Part shown: positions 1 to 9,032 of the stretch, one piece after another
Position numbering within the stretch: the stretch's first letter is position 1
How the letters are laid out: each line of letters starts with the position of its first letter
Source: Deltaproteobacteria bacterium
GTDB taxonomy: Bacteria > Myxococcota_A > UBA796 > JAFGLY01
Length of the DNA stretch: 64,000 bases
Reading direction: 5' to 3'
NCBI GenBank assembly: GCA_016927815.1
Contig: JAFGLY010000170.1
Location: forward strand, 4,740-68,739
Notes under the pieces: generated by a model
Seen by the model: the letters and a program-made list of their open reading frames with translations, nothing else
Databases searched by the model: none
What the model was told of the DNA's origin: nothing
Translations under genes and position numbers: made by a program

Positions 1-98
1 TGTCGCTGGTGGCACCGTCCAGGCCCTCTCGATCCCGACCGGCCGGGCCGATCCCACGCGGAGCGCCCTAGCGCGTTCGATGCGGGCGCCGTGGGGGT

Positions 99-773
99 TC
101 AGCCGTCGCTGCCGTCGCAGTCCTGGTCGATCCCGTCGCCCTTGGGGTCGTCGGCGCCGGGGTGGATGTCCGGGTCGCTGTCATCGCAGTCGTCGCCGCC
201 GGCCGTGATCGCGTCGCACCCGTCACCGTCCGCGTCGTCGTCGCTGCCTCCGCTGCAGTCCTGGTCCACGCCGTCGTACCAGGTCTCCTCGGCGCCCGGG
301 TGGACGCTCGCGTTGAAGTCGTTGCAGTCGTCGCCCTCGGGTGCGGCTTCGTTGCGGTAGCCGTCGTCGTCGGCGTCGTCGTCGGTGGTGCCGTGGAGGT
401 CGAGCGAGACGACGCCCCCGGAGCCATCGTGGGCGACCTCGAGCACGGCGGCGGCCGGATCGAAGTCGGTCGGGGTGTAGGTCACCACGAGGTCGCGCGA
501 GGCGTGGGCATCGAGCAGCGCTTCTCCGGGCGTGACGGCGAAGCGTTCGTCGTTGGAGTCGAGATCGACGTGGAGAACGCCGTAGCCGGCGTTGTGAAGG
601 ACGACGGTGGCGGAAGCCTCGCGCCCGAAGGGAACGTCGTGGATGTCCAGGACGTCGCAGGCACCGGTGTCGGGCTCGCACGAGAGTTCGGGCCGCCCGA
701 TCCTCGAAGGGTAGACGTGCGCCTGGGGTCCGCACGCGACAGAGAGGAGCACAACGAGGAGGACGGCGCGCAT
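99..773 (-). CDS. Secreted lipoprotein: N-terminal beta-sandwich (choice-of-anchor-D-like) plus two Cys/Asp-rich putative metal-binding (MopE-type) repeats
   Basis: ATG at 773. Signal peptide MRAVLLVVLLSVAC with lipobox LSVAC. C-terminal repeats CNDFNASVHPGAEETWYDGVDQDC and CDDSDPDIHPGADDPKGDGIDQDCDG fit the C-x-D-x-[DN]...HPGA...DG[IV]DQDC pattern. Confidence 0.7.
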   Translation of the reverse strand: MRAVLLVVLLSVACGPQAHVYPSRIGRPELSCEPDTGACDVLDIHDVPFGREASATVVLHNAGYGVLHVDLDSNDERFAVTPGEALLDAHASRDLVVTYTPTDFDPAAAVLEVAHDGSGGVVSLDLHGTTDDDADDDGYRNEAAPEGDDCNDFNASVHPGAEETWYDGVDQDCSGGSDDDADGDGCDAITAGGDDCDDSDPDIHPGADDPKGDGIDQDCDGSDG

Positions 774-848
774 ACGGTGCCTGTTAACGCGGGCGCCGAA
801 GGGCGGAGGGGGAGGAGGCCGCCCGCCGTCCGACCTGTCCTATGGACC

Positions 849-856
849 GGGCAGGG
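849..856 (+). other. GGGCAGGG octamer (GGGNAGGG, KOPS-like class) pointing toward the candidate dif
   Basis: Exact GGGCAGGG on the + strand, 10 nt left of the dif-like 28-mer. The same octamer occurs on the - strand at 944-951. Confidence 0.3.
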
Positions 857-866
857 CGGATCCAGA

Positions 867-894
867 ACGTCTGATAAGATATATTATGTAAACT
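867..894 (+). other. dif: Candidate dif (XerC/XerD chromosome dimer resolution site)
   Basis: ACGTCTGATAA|GATATA|TTATGTAAACT. The right arm is identical to the XerD-side arm of B. subtilis dif and 9/11 to the E. coli arm TTATGTTAAAT. The 6-nt spacer is A/T-rich. The site is an isolated AT island in the intergenic gap between the nth stop (928) and the lipoprotein start (773). xerD lies 0.7 kb away. Confidence 0.65.
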
Positions 895-927
895 AATGCG
901 CAGGCGCGCCAAGGTACCCGGTACCCA

Positions 928-1578
928 TCAGGGATCGGCGCGTCCCTGCCCCACCGGGCACCAGGACCGCATCGGGCAGGTCTCGCACGGCGGACGACGC
1001 GCGGGGCAGCGGTAGCGACCGAACAGGACGCCGCGGTGACCGAACGCGTTCCAGGCGTCCCGGGGCACCAGGTCCATGAGGATCCGCTCCACCTTCTCGG
1101 GCGACGACTCCTGGTGCCAACCCCACCGCCGCGTGACCCGGAAGACGTGGGTGTCCACCACGACCCCCTCCGCAATCCCGAAGGCCGTGCCGAGCACCAC
1201 GTTTGCCGTCTTGCGGGCCACACCCGGCAGCGCCACGAGCGCGTCCATCTCGCGTGGCACGATGCCGGCGTGGCGCTCCAAGAGCGAGGCGGCCGCGCCC
1301 CGGATGGAGCGGGCCTTGGAGCGGAAGAAGCCCGTGGAGTGGATCACCTGCTCCACCTCGGAGGGGTCGGAGGCCGCGAGGGCCCGGGCATCGGGCCAGC
1401 GCCGGAACAGCTCGGGCGTGACCGCGTTGACCTGCGCATCCGTGCACTGGGCGGACAGGATCGTGGAGATCAAGAGCTCGAAGGCAGAAGCGTGGACGAG
1501 CTCGCAACCGGCGTCCGGGTACAGGGACGCCAGGGCGTCGAGGATGGCCAGGACGTTCTCGGGGCGGTGGGACGGCAT
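928..1578 (-). CDS. nth: Endonuclease III (DNA glycosylase/AP lyase)
   Basis: HhH-GPD core ILSAQCTDAQVN...LPGVARKTANVVLG. C-terminal 4Fe-4S motif CPARRPPCETCPMRSWC. ATG at 1578 (MPSHRPENV) gives 216 aa. The track extension to 1707 is rejected. Confidence 0.9.
   Translation of the reverse strand: MPSHRPENVLAILDALASLYPDAGCELVHASAFELLISTILSAQCTDAQVNAVTPELFRRWPDARALAASDPSEVEQVIHSTGFFRSKARSIRGAAASLLERHAGIVPREMDALVALPGVARKTANVVLGTAFGIAEGVVVDTHVFRVTRRWGWHQESSPEKVERILMDLVPRDAWNAFGHRGVLFGRYRCPARRPPCETCPMRSWCPVGQGRADP
944..951 (-). other. GGGCAGGG octamer on the minus strand pointing toward the candidate dif
   Basis: The plus strand reads CCCTGCCC. It converges with the 849-856 copy on the dif-like site. 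It lies inside the 3' end of nth. Confidence 0.3.
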
Positions 1579-1615
1579 GCGGACTCCTCGAAGGCAAGAC
1601 GCGGCAGGTCGCTGG

Positions 1616-2542
1616 CTATCGACCCCTGGGGTGGTGGCGGCCATGGATCTCCTTGAGCCGCGCCTGGGCGACGTGGGTGTAGATCTCGGTGGTGGAGATG
1701 TCGGCATGGCCCAGGAGCACCTGCACCACCCTCAAGTCCGCCCCGCCCTCGAGCAGGTGCGTGGCGAAGGAGTGGCGCAGGCGGTGCGGGGTCACCGCGT
1801 GTCGGATCCCCGCGACCCGGGCCCAGTGGACGATCCGCTTCCACGCGTTCTGCCTGGACATCTTTCGTCCGGTCCGCCCCAGGAACAGCGTCCGGCTGCG
1901 CTGCTGGGGATCCAGGAGCGTCCGGCCGTCGGCGAGCCAGGTGTCCAGGAGGGTCGTGGCCCGCTCACCGAGCGGGACCACCCGCTCCTTCCCGCCCTTG
2001 CCGCGGATCCGGAGGTAGCCCGCCCTCAAGTGGACGGCCTCGAGCGGCAGCGACACCACTTCGCTCACCCGCAGCCCGGTGGCGTACAGGAGCTGGAGCA
2101 GGGCCGCATCGCGCAGGCCGAGCGGCAGGTCCGTCGGATCCGGCGCTCCGAGGAGCGCCTCCACCTCGGACAGCGAGAGCACGTCCGGCAGCGGTCGTGC
2201 TGGCCGGGCGCCCTCGACCAGCAGGGTCGGATCCTCCCCGATGACACCTTCCTCTAGAAGATACTTGAAGAATTGTCGGATCGACACGCGGTGGCGGGCC
2301 AGGGAGCGCCCCGAGAGGCCCGCGTCGAGGAGGCCGGCCAGGTGCCCGTGGACGTCTTCCCGGGTGACGCGCGCCGGATCCTCCAGACCCCGCTCCGCCT
2401 GGCACCAGGACGCAAACCGCACGAGGTCGCGGTGGTAGCTCTCGAGCGTGTTGCGGGAAAGACCCCGCTCGACGCGCCCACGGCCGAGGAATCCCTCGAT
2501 GGCGAGTTCGAAGGGCGCGGTCCCCTCCCCTGCCCGGCTCAT
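1616..2542 (-). CDS. xerD: Tyrosine recombinase XerD
   Basis: [51 protein letters not shown] and the C-terminal [13 protein letters not shown] resemble E. coli XerD. ATG at 2542 overlaps the amidase stop (ATGA). 308 aa. Confidence 0.85.
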   Translation of the reverse strand: MSRAGEGTAPFELAIEGFLGRGRVERGLSRNTLESYHRDLVRFASWCQAERGLEDPARVTREDVHGHLAGLLDAGLSGRSLARHRVSIRQFFKYLLEEGVIGEDPTLLVEGARPARPLPDVLSLSEVEALLGAPDPTDLPLGLRDAALLQLLYATGLRVSEVVSLPLEAVHLRAGYLRIRGKGGKERVVPLGERATTLLDTWLADGRTLLDPQQRSRTLFLGRTGRKMSRQNAWKRIVHWARVAGIRHAVTPHRLRHSFATHLLEGGADLRVVQVLLGHADISTTEIYTHVAQARLKEIHGRHHPRGR

Positions 2543-3735
2543 GGTCGCACCGCCTCGAGGTACCGCCCGACGCCCTCCACCACCGCATCGGCGGTTTCGC
2601 GCTGGAAGGCCGGCGTGCGCAGGCGCAGTTCCTCCTCGGGATGGGACAGGAACGAGGCCTCGAACAGGATGGCGGGCATCCGTGCGGCCACGAGCACGTG
2701 GAACATGGCGGACTTCACCCCCAGGTCCCGGATCTGGTCGGGCCCGAAGACGGTGGACAGGCGTCGGATCACCGCTTCCTGGACCTCGTGAGCCAGCCGC
2801 CGGGAAAGCGCGCTCGTCCCCGACACCCTGAGCTGGGACACCACCGCCGAGGTCGGATCCTCTGGGCCGGACACCGAGGCGTTCTCCCGTCGCGCCACGC
2901 GGGCCGCGTCCGCGTCGCTGGCCACGTCCAGGTAGTAGGTCTCGACGCCCCACAGAGCGGGCGTGGGGGCGGCATTGAGGTGGATGGAGAGGAAGAGATC
3001 CGCGTCCTGCCCGTTCGCCAGGGCGGCGCGGTCCTGCAGCGACACGAACCGATCGGCGTCGCGCGTGAGGAACACCTCTGCGCCCAGCCTGTGCTCGAGT
3101 TCGTCGGCCACGCGTTTCGCGAGTCCGAGGGCCACGTCCGACTCCCGCGTACCGGTGGGGCCCACGGCGCCCGTGTCCTCGCCGCCGTGACCCGCGTCCA
3201 CCACGATGCGGGGTCGGGAGCCGGGCAGAGCGGCCTCGTCCCTCACGAACCCCACGCCGTTGAGGAAGCGCGCCAGGACGTCCGGTCCGGGCAACGAGGG
3301 ATCCGGGGACGCTTGCGGGCTTCGGAGGTCCAGCAACAGCGCCCGGCGCCCGACCTTGAGGAGGGTCGCGGCCAGGGGCTCCGCGAGCGTGACCACGACC
3401 TCGCTCCCGCCGGACACCTCGCCGATCGCCAGCGCCGCGATGCCCCCCTGGTCCACGGGCATCTCCACGCCGCCCGGGATCGGACGGTAGGCGCTCGTGA
3501 GCGTGCCGGACGCCGTGGTACCCGGCAGCAGCACGCGGGCCCGTGGGGGAGCCCGCCCCACGCCCGGAGCGCTGGAGGTCCGGGGATCCTCGACCGCACC
3601 GTCCAGCACGAGGAGGACACGGGCGTGGTGGTGGCCCACGAAGACCAGGACCTGCTCCAGCACAACGGCGCCGGCAGTGCGAGGCCATGGGACCAGGATG
3701 GCGAACAGGACCAGGATGGCGAGGGACCGACGCAC
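2539..3735 (-). CDS. N-acetylmuramoyl-L-alanine amidase (Amidase_3, AmiC-like), exported
   Basis: Motifs [35 protein letters not shown]-terminal signal [17 protein letters not shown] at 3735 lies one nt after the mutS stop. The track extension to 4029 overlaps mutS and is rejected. Confidence 0.85.
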   Translation of the reverse strand: MRRSLAILVLFAILVPWPRTAGAVVLEQVLVFVGHHHARVLLVLDGAVEDPRTSSAPGVGRAPPRARVLLPGTTASGTLTSAYRPIPGGVEMPVDQGGIAALAIGEVSGGSEVVVTLAEPLAATLLKVGRRALLLDLRSPQASPDPSLPGPDVLARFLNGVGFVRDEAALPGSRPRIVVDAGHGGEDTGAVGPTGTRESDVALGLAKRVADELEHRLGAEVFLTRDADRFVSLQDRAALANGQDADLFLSIHLNAAPTPALWGVETYYLDVASDADAARVARRENASVSGPEDPTSAVVSQLRVSGTSALSRRLAHEVQEAVIRRLSTVFGPDQIRDLGVKSAMFHVLVAARMPAILFEASFLSHPEEELRLRTPAFQRETADAVVEGVGRYLEAVRP

Positions 3736-3736
3736 G

Positions 3737-6331
3737 TCAGACCATGCTCCGCAGGCGGTAGAGGACCTCGAGTGCCTCCCGGGGCGCCAGGGTATCGGGC
3801 CGGAGTGCCCGCACTGCGTCCACCAGGAGCTGGGCGGCGCCGTTCTCCGGAGCGTCGGGGGCGGCGTCCGCCCCTTCCTCGGGCTCGAGGTCGAAGAGGG
3901 AGAGCTGCCGGTCGTCTCGCGGCCGACGCTGCTCGAGCTCTCGGAGCAGGGTTCGGGCCCGGGCCACCACGTCCTCCGGCATGCCCGCGATCCGTGCGCA
4001 CTGGATGCCGTAGGAACGGCTCGTGGCACCTTCCTGGAGACGGCGCAGGAAGAGGATGCGGTCGCCCATCTCGCTCACGGCCACCCTGAGGTTCACGGTG
4101 GCCGGGTGCCGCCGCGCGAAGCCGACGAGCTCGTGGTAGTGCGTGGCGAAGATCGTACGGCAGCGTACGCGGTCGTGGAGCGCCTCCGCCACGGCCCAGG
4201 CGATGGCCAGGCCGTCGTAGGTGCTGGTGCCTCGACCGATCTCGTCGAGCAGGACCAGCGATCGCTGCGTGGCGTTGTGCAGGATGTTGGCCGTCTCGGC
4301 CATCTCGACCATGAAGGTCGAGCGGCCACGTGCCACGTCGTCGGTCGCCCCTACGCGGACGAAGATGCGGTCGCAGACGCCGATGCGGGCCCGTCGGGCC
4401 GGCACGAAGGCACCCATCTGCGCGAGCAGCACCACCAGGGCTGCCTGCCGCATGATGGTGGACTTGCCGGACATGTTGGGGCCCGTGAGCACGATCAGGC
4501 GCCGGGTGTCGGGCTCCATGCGCAGCGAGTTCGGGATGAACGGCTCGTCGAGGGCCATGGCCTCGACCACCGGGTGTCGGGCCTCCTCCAGGTCCAGGTC
4601 CACGCCGGTGTGGACCTCGGGTCGGACCCAGCGCTGGCGCACCGCCACCTCGGCGAGCGTGGACAGCACGTCGAGGTGTGCGAGCGCGGCGGCCAGGACC
4701 TGGAGGCGCACAAGAGCCTCGGACACGCGAATCCTCAACGCCTCGAAGATCTCCTGCTCGCGGGCCTTTCGTCGGGCGTCTGCGGTGAGCACCTGGTCCT
4801 CGAACTCCTGGAGCTCGGGCGTGACGAACCGGTCGCAGTTCGTGAGCGCCTGGACCCGCCGGTAGTGCTCCGGCACCTTCTTCGAGTTCGCATGGGTGAT
4901 CTCGAGGGTGTATCCCAGGGCCTTGTGGTGCCGGATGCGAAGGCTGCCGATGCCCGAGGCGATCCGCTCCCGGGCTTCCATCTCGGCGATGGCACCCCGT
5001 CCCTTGCGGGCGAGGAGCGCCAGGTGGTCGAGGTCCGGGTCGAAGCCTTCCCGGATCAGGCCCCCCTCGGTCAAGAGGACGGGCGGATCGTCGACGAGCG
5101 TGCGGGCGAGGTCGTCGCGGATGTCCTCGCAGAGGTCCTCGGGGAGGAGGGGGCCCAGGGCCTCCAGCGAGGCGAGCGTGCGCGCGAGGTCCGGCATGCG
5201 CTCGAGCGACTGCCGGAGGCCGGCCAGGTCGCGGGCATGGGCGCTGCCGAGCGCGATCTTGCCTCCGATCCGCTCGATGTCGGCCACCTCCTCGAGCGTG
5301 GCTCTGAGCGCATCACGGCCGGCGCCGTGCTGGAAGAGGATCTCCACGGCGTCGAGACGGGAGCGGATGTCGGCGGGATCCACGAGGGGCCAGGCGAGCC
5401 ACTCCCGCAGGAGCCGACCGCCCATGGACGTGGCCGTGCGGTCGAGCAGGCCCAGCAGGGAACCTCGACGCGCCCCGCCCACCAGCGAACGGTCCACCTC
5501 GAGGTTTCGGCGGGTGGCCGGGTCGAGGTGGAGGTGCCGGCTCGGCCGGACCACCCGGAGGCGATGCACGTTGCGGAGGTCCGAGCGGCTGTTCTCCCGT
5601 GCGTACGCGAGCAGCGCACCGGCCGCGCCCACCGCCGGTCCGGGCTCCTCCACGCCCTGCGAGGAGAGATCCGCGATGCCGCAGACGTCCTGGATCAGGC
5701 GCACCGCGGCCGGTACCGCGAACCGCTCGCGGGGAACGCGGTTGACGAAGGCGTCGCCCAGCGCCTGCACGAGGACGTCGCCCAGCGGCAGATCCGAGGG
5801 GACCACGGCCTCCCGGGCACCCAGGCGGCCGATCTCCACGGCCGCAGCGTCGCGTCCCCACACCTCGGTGGTCCTCAGGTCGCCGGTGGTCACGTCGAGC
5901 CAGGCGAGGCCCAGGCGGCCGTCCCGTCCGTCGAGAATCCCGGCCAGCCAGTTGGGCTCCCGGGCTTCCAGCCCCTCGGGATCCAGGACCACGCCGGGGC
6001 TCACCACCCGGATCACCCGCCGGTCCACCAGGCCCTTGGCGAGGCGCGGATCCTCCACCTGCTCGGCGATGGCGACCTTGTGGCCCGCGTCCACGAGGCG
6101 GCGGAGGTAGGTGTCGAGTGCCACCCTGGGCACGCCGCACATGGGAATCGGGTCCGGATCGTCCCTGTTGCGGCTGGTCAGTACGAGGTCCAGGAGGGGC
6201 GCGGCCCGCCGGGCATCGTCGAAGAACAACTCGAAGAAGTCGCCCATCCGGAACATGAGGAGGGCGTCCGGGTGCTGCTCCTTCAGGAGCAGGTACTGGC
6301 GGAACATGGGGGTGTCGCTGGCGGAGGGCAC
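3737..6331 (-). CDS. mutS: DNA mismatch repair protein MutS
   Basis: N-terminus TPMFRQYLLLKEQHPDALLMFRMGDFFELFFDDA. Walker A GPNMSGKST. 864 aa. GTG at 6331 (alternative ATG at 6307). Confidence 0.95.
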   Translation of the reverse strand: MPSASDTPMFRQYLLLKEQHPDALLMFRMGDFFELFFDDARRAAPLLDLVLTSRNRDDPDPIPMCGVPRVALDTYLRRLVDAGHKVAIAEQVEDPRLAKGLVDRRVIRVVSPGVVLDPEGLEAREPNWLAGILDGRDGRLGLAWLDVTTGDLRTTEVWGRDAAAVEIGRLGAREAVVPSDLPLGDVLVQALGDAFVNRVPRERFAVPAAVRLIQDVCGIADLSSQGVEEPGPAVGAAGALLAYARENSRSDLRNVHRLRVVRPSRHLHLDPATRRNLEVDRSLVGGARRGSLLGLLDRTATSMGGRLLREWLAWPLVDPADIRSRLDAVEILFQHGAGRDALRATLEEVADIERIGGKIALGSAHARDLAGLRQSLERMPDLARTLASLEALGPLLPEDLCEDIRDDLARTLVDDPPVLLTEGGLIREGFDPDLDHLALLARKGRGAIAEMEARERIASGIGSLRIRHHKALGYTLEITHANSKKVPEHYRRVQALTNCDRFVTPELQEFEDQVLTADARRKAREQEIFEALRIRVSEALVRLQVLAAALAHLDVLSTLAEVAVRQRWVRPEVHTGVDLDLEEARHPVVEAMALDEPFIPNSLRMEPDTRRLIVLTGPNMSGKSTIMRQAALVVLLAQMGAFVPARRARIGVCDRIFVRVGATDDVARGRSTFMVEMAETANILHNATQRSLVLLDEIGRGTSTYDGLAIAWAVAEALHDRVRCRTIFATHYHELVGFARRHPATVNLRVAVSEMGDRILFLRRLQEGATSRSYGIQCARIAGMPEDVVARARTLLRELEQRRPRDDRQLSLFDLEPEEGADAAPDAPENGAAQLLVDAVRALRPDTLAPREALEVLYRLRSMV

Positions 6332-6361
6332 GTGTGTCTCGGGTCCGTTCCGGGCGCTTCC

Positions 6362-7621
6362 CTATCCCCGCACCATCCGGACGGCCTGGAAGGCGTCCTC
6401 GTCGTCCTGGGGGGGAGCGCTCGTCCATGCGGCCTCGATCGCCAAGAACGGGTGGTCGGCCAGGAAGGCCGCCACCACCTCCGCCCCTTCCTCGGGCTCC
6501 GGGCTGCAGACCGCGTAGACCAGGCAGCCGCGGCGAGCCAGGCACCGGGCGGCCGCCCGGAGGATGGCCCCTTGCCTGGCGGCGTTTCGGGTGAGATCCT
6601 CGGGGGAGCGCCGCCAGCGGATCTCCGGGTGCCGCCGCATCGTCCCCAGCCCCGAGCAGGGCGCGTCCACCAGCACGGCGTCGAAGGACTCCACGAGGTC
6701 GTCCGGAGGGCCGTCCTCCCAGTCGTGCACGCGGAGATCCACGGACAGGCCCAGGCGTGTGGCACCCTCGGCCACCCGGGCCAGACGGTGGGCGTCGAGA
6801 TCCACCGCGAGCACCCGAGCGCCCCGGGCGGCCAGTCGAAAGGCCTTGCCTCCGGGTGCCGCGCACGCGTCCAGCACGCGCAGGCCAGCGGGTACGGGGA
6901 CCAGGTCCGCAACGGCCACGGCCGCGGGATCCTGGACCCAGAACCACCCCTCCCGCCATCCGGGCAGCTCCGTCACCGGTCCTGGTGCCCCCCCGATCCA
7001 CAAGACGTCCGGAACCGCCCTGCCGTTGGCACGCGCTTCGCGTACCTCCAGGCCCGCGTCCGCGAGGGCGCCCGGCAGCCGAGGGTCCCGGGCTACGAGG
7101 GCCAGCGGCGCCGGCTCGTTGCTGCGTCGTGCCCACGCCGCGGTCGCCTCCGACCCGTACCGCGCCTCCCACCGGTCCAGGATCCAGTCCGGGTGGGACA
7201 GGGCGTCCCGATCCGAGGGGGTCGGCGCCTCGGCGTGGCGCCTCAGCACGGCGTTGACCAGCCCCGCGGCGCGCGGAGCGCCCGCCTCGCGGCACAGCGT
7301 CACGGCCTCGTGCACCGCGGCCCGGGGGGGTGCGGTATGGGAGAGGATCTCCCACAAGCCGATCCGGAGCACCTCTCGGACCACGGGTTCGAGACGATGC
7401 AGGGGCCGGTGCGCCAGGGGCCCGAGCATGGCGTCCAGGGCGCGTTGCTGACGCAGGACTCCTCGAACCACGTTCCAGGCCAGGGCCCGGTCGGATCCTC
7501 GCTCCGGCGCTGTCCGGGCCAGCGCCTCCTCGGCGAACGCACCGCTCTCCACGGCCAGCAACGCGTCCAGAGCCGCTCGGCGGCCCGGTGAGACCGAGCC
7601 GGACCGGCGTGCGGGGGTCAC
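6362..7621 (-). CDS. rsmB: 16S rRNA (cytosine-C5)-methyltransferase RsmB/Sun family
   Basis: NusB-like N-terminus. SAM motif DACAAPGGK. Catalytic motifs DAPCSGLG and YAVCSPEPEE. The proposed GTG at 7621 overlaps the upstream gene stop (GTGA). The track extension to 8065 is rejected. Confidence 0.8.
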   Translation of the reverse strand: MTPARRSGSVSPGRRAALDALLAVESGAFAEEALARTAPERGSDRALAWNVVRGVLRQQRALDAMLGPLAHRPLHRLEPVVREVLRIGLWEILSHTAPPRAAVHEAVTLCREAGAPRAAGLVNAVLRRHAEAPTPSDRDALSHPDWILDRWEARYGSEATAAWARRSNEPAPLALVARDPRLPGALADAGLEVREARANGRAVPDVLWIGGAPGPVTELPGWREGWFWVQDPAAVAVADLVPVPAGLRVLDACAAPGGKAFRLAARGARVLAVDLDAHRLARVAEGATRLGLSVDLRVHDWEDGPPDDLVESFDAVLVDAPCSGLGTMRRHPEIRWRRSPEDLTRNAARQGAILRAAARCLARRGCLVYAVCSPEPEEGAEVVAAFLADHPFLAIEAAWTSAPPQDDEDAFQAVRMVRG

Positions 7622-8670
7622 TTCGCGTCCAGGTCCGTGAGCTCGGCGTCGATGATGCGGGTGAACGACTCCAGGGCTCGAGCGCCCTTGATGCGGTAGC
7701 CGTTCACGTAGAACGTGGGCGTGCTCCGGACGCGCAGGCGGCGGGCTTGCTGCTCGTCGAGGGACACCTTGCTCGCGGTGAGTTCCGAGGCGCGGTCCTT
7801 CTCCCACCGGGCGATGTCCAGGCCGACCTCCCGGGCGATCGCCTCGAGCGTGGTCTCCTGCTTCAACTCCCTCTGCCGCTCGAAGAGGAGACGCTTGTAC
7901 TCCCAGAACCTGCCCTGGTTGTGGGCCGCCATGGCTGCGAGGGCCGCTGGGCGGGCCGCCTTGTGGGTGTTGATGGGGTAGGACTTGTAGACGAACCGGA
8001 CCTTGTCGCCGTACCGATCTCGGATCTCGGTCAGGGTCTTCTGGGCGCGGGCGCAGTAGGGACACTGGAAATCGGTGAACTCGACGATGGTGACCGGCGC
8101 GTCGGCCGGGCCCTCGGTGGGGGAGGACCCCACGTCCACCCGTGCCCAGGGCCGTTCGAACGTGAGGGCCTGGGTGATGGCGATCCGATCCAGCCCCTGC
8201 TTGGAGAGGCGGACGGCCCGCGCCGCGAGGATCGGCATGTTCTCGCAGACGGGGCGCTCCAGGAGACAGATGGCGAAGCTCTGGCCGTTGTCCACGCAGG
8301 GCTCGCAGGGACCCGCAATCGTGTTGAACACCGCCATGAGTTCGTCGCGGGCCCGGGGCGGCAGGTCCGTGAGCCCGGGCACCTGGAGATCGGCGGCCGA
8401 GAAGGCCGTGGGCCTCACCGGGGGGATCTCGTCCGCCTGCTTCTTGGGCTTCTGGACCTGGGTCTTCTCCAGCGCCTTGGCCTGCTCGTCCAGTCGGGCC
8501 TGGAGGGTGGCCCGAGCCGCATCGTAGCCTGCATTATAGGCGATATAGGCTGCAATTCCTCCGCACACGACCGCCGCGACGAGCGCGACGGACAGCGCGA
8601 AGACCGCGCCCTTGGGCGCCGAAGGGGCGTTCGGATCCGGGGTCACCAGGCCTCCCTCATGTCCAGACAT
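7618..8670 (-). CDS. Membrane-anchored DsbA-family thiol:disulfide oxidoreductase
   Basis: Thioredoxin fold with FQCPYCARA active site. N-terminal TM helix AVFALSVALVAAVVCGGIAAYIAY. ATG at 8670 (MSGHEGG). Confidence 0.8.
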   Translation of the reverse strand: MSGHEGGLVTPDPNAPSAPKGAVFALSVALVAAVVCGGIAAYIAYNAGYDAARATLQARLDEQAKALEKTQVQKPKKQADEIPPVRPTAFSAADLQVPGLTDLPPRARDELMAVFNTIAGPCEPCVDNGQSFAICLLERPVCENMPILAARAVRLSKQGLDRIAITQALTFERPWARVDVGSSPTEGPADAPVTIVEFTDFQCPYCARAQKTLTEIRDRYGDKVRFVYKSYPINTHKAARPAALAAMAAHNQGRFWEYKRLLFERQRELKQETTLEAIAREVGLDIARWEKDRASELTASKVSLDEQQARRLRVRSTPTFYVNGYRIKGARALESFTRIIDAELTDLDAK

Positions 8671-8938
8671 CGTCCGTGCCGCCGGGGAGCGGAGCACCGG
8701 AGGGACTCGATCGGCCGCGCCTCGCGAGGAAACCGACGAGGATCCCCACCAGGAAACCGCCGAGGCCGGTCCACAGGAGAAGCCACGGGACCGACGCCGG
8801 GGACGAGAGGTGCCACATCCCGAACCCGAGGTTCAGGGACAGGTCGGTCACCCGTGCCTGGTTCTGCACGATGAAAAGGGCCAGCAGGAGGCCGACGATG
8901 ACGAGAACGAGGAGCCAGGCGACGATCTTGAAGCGCAT
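8657..8938 (-). CDS. Small membrane protein, LapA/DUF1049-like
   Basis: MRFKIVAWLLVLVIVGLLLALFIVQNQ plus a second TM helix WLLLWTGLGGFLVGILVGFL. ATG at 8938 preceded by GCAGGAGGATCGG. 93 aa. Confidence 0.55.
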   Translation of the reverse strand: MRFKIVAWLLVLVIVGLLLALFIVQNQARVTDLSLNLGFGMWHLSSPASVPWLLLWTGLGGFLVGILVGFLARRGRSSPSGAPLPGGTDDVWT

Positions 8939-9032
8939 CCGATCCTCCTGCGATCGGGGCACACCCTGGTGCCGGCCGCCGCTCCCCTCCCCTACCGGCG
9001 TCGTGCGGGCGCCGCAAGATACCAGGGGCGCG

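Noticed and set aside
903-927. Cluster of rare-cutter sites (GGCGCGCC followed by GGTACCCGGTACCC) next to the dif-like island, which could suggest a cloning linker.
   Set aside because: Such GC-rich hexamers and octamers are common by chance at this base composition. The flanks are continuous with native genes (the nth stop at 928). No vector-like sequence is present.
3497-7591. 1364-aa + strand ORF. Similar giant ORFs occur at 20824-26418 (+, 1864 aa), 8676-10997 (+), 13131-14960 (+), 34875-38702 (+), 5313-7355 (-) and 34429-37629 (-).
   Set aside because: These are antisense or out-of-frame shadows of well-supported genes (mutS, rsmB, the operon kinases, rpsA, the kinase, the TPR gene). 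Their translations are Arg/Gly/Pro/Ala-rich low-complexity strings with no recognisable motifs, as expected for stop-poor alternative frames in very GC-rich DNA.
8547-8554. The 8-mer ATAGGCTG recurs at about 8547, 38661 and 61161, always within AT-richer patches.
   Set aside because: A rough composition-based expectation is about one occurrence on both strands in 64 kb, so three copies is not compelling. Two of the three lie inside coding sequence with different reading contexts.
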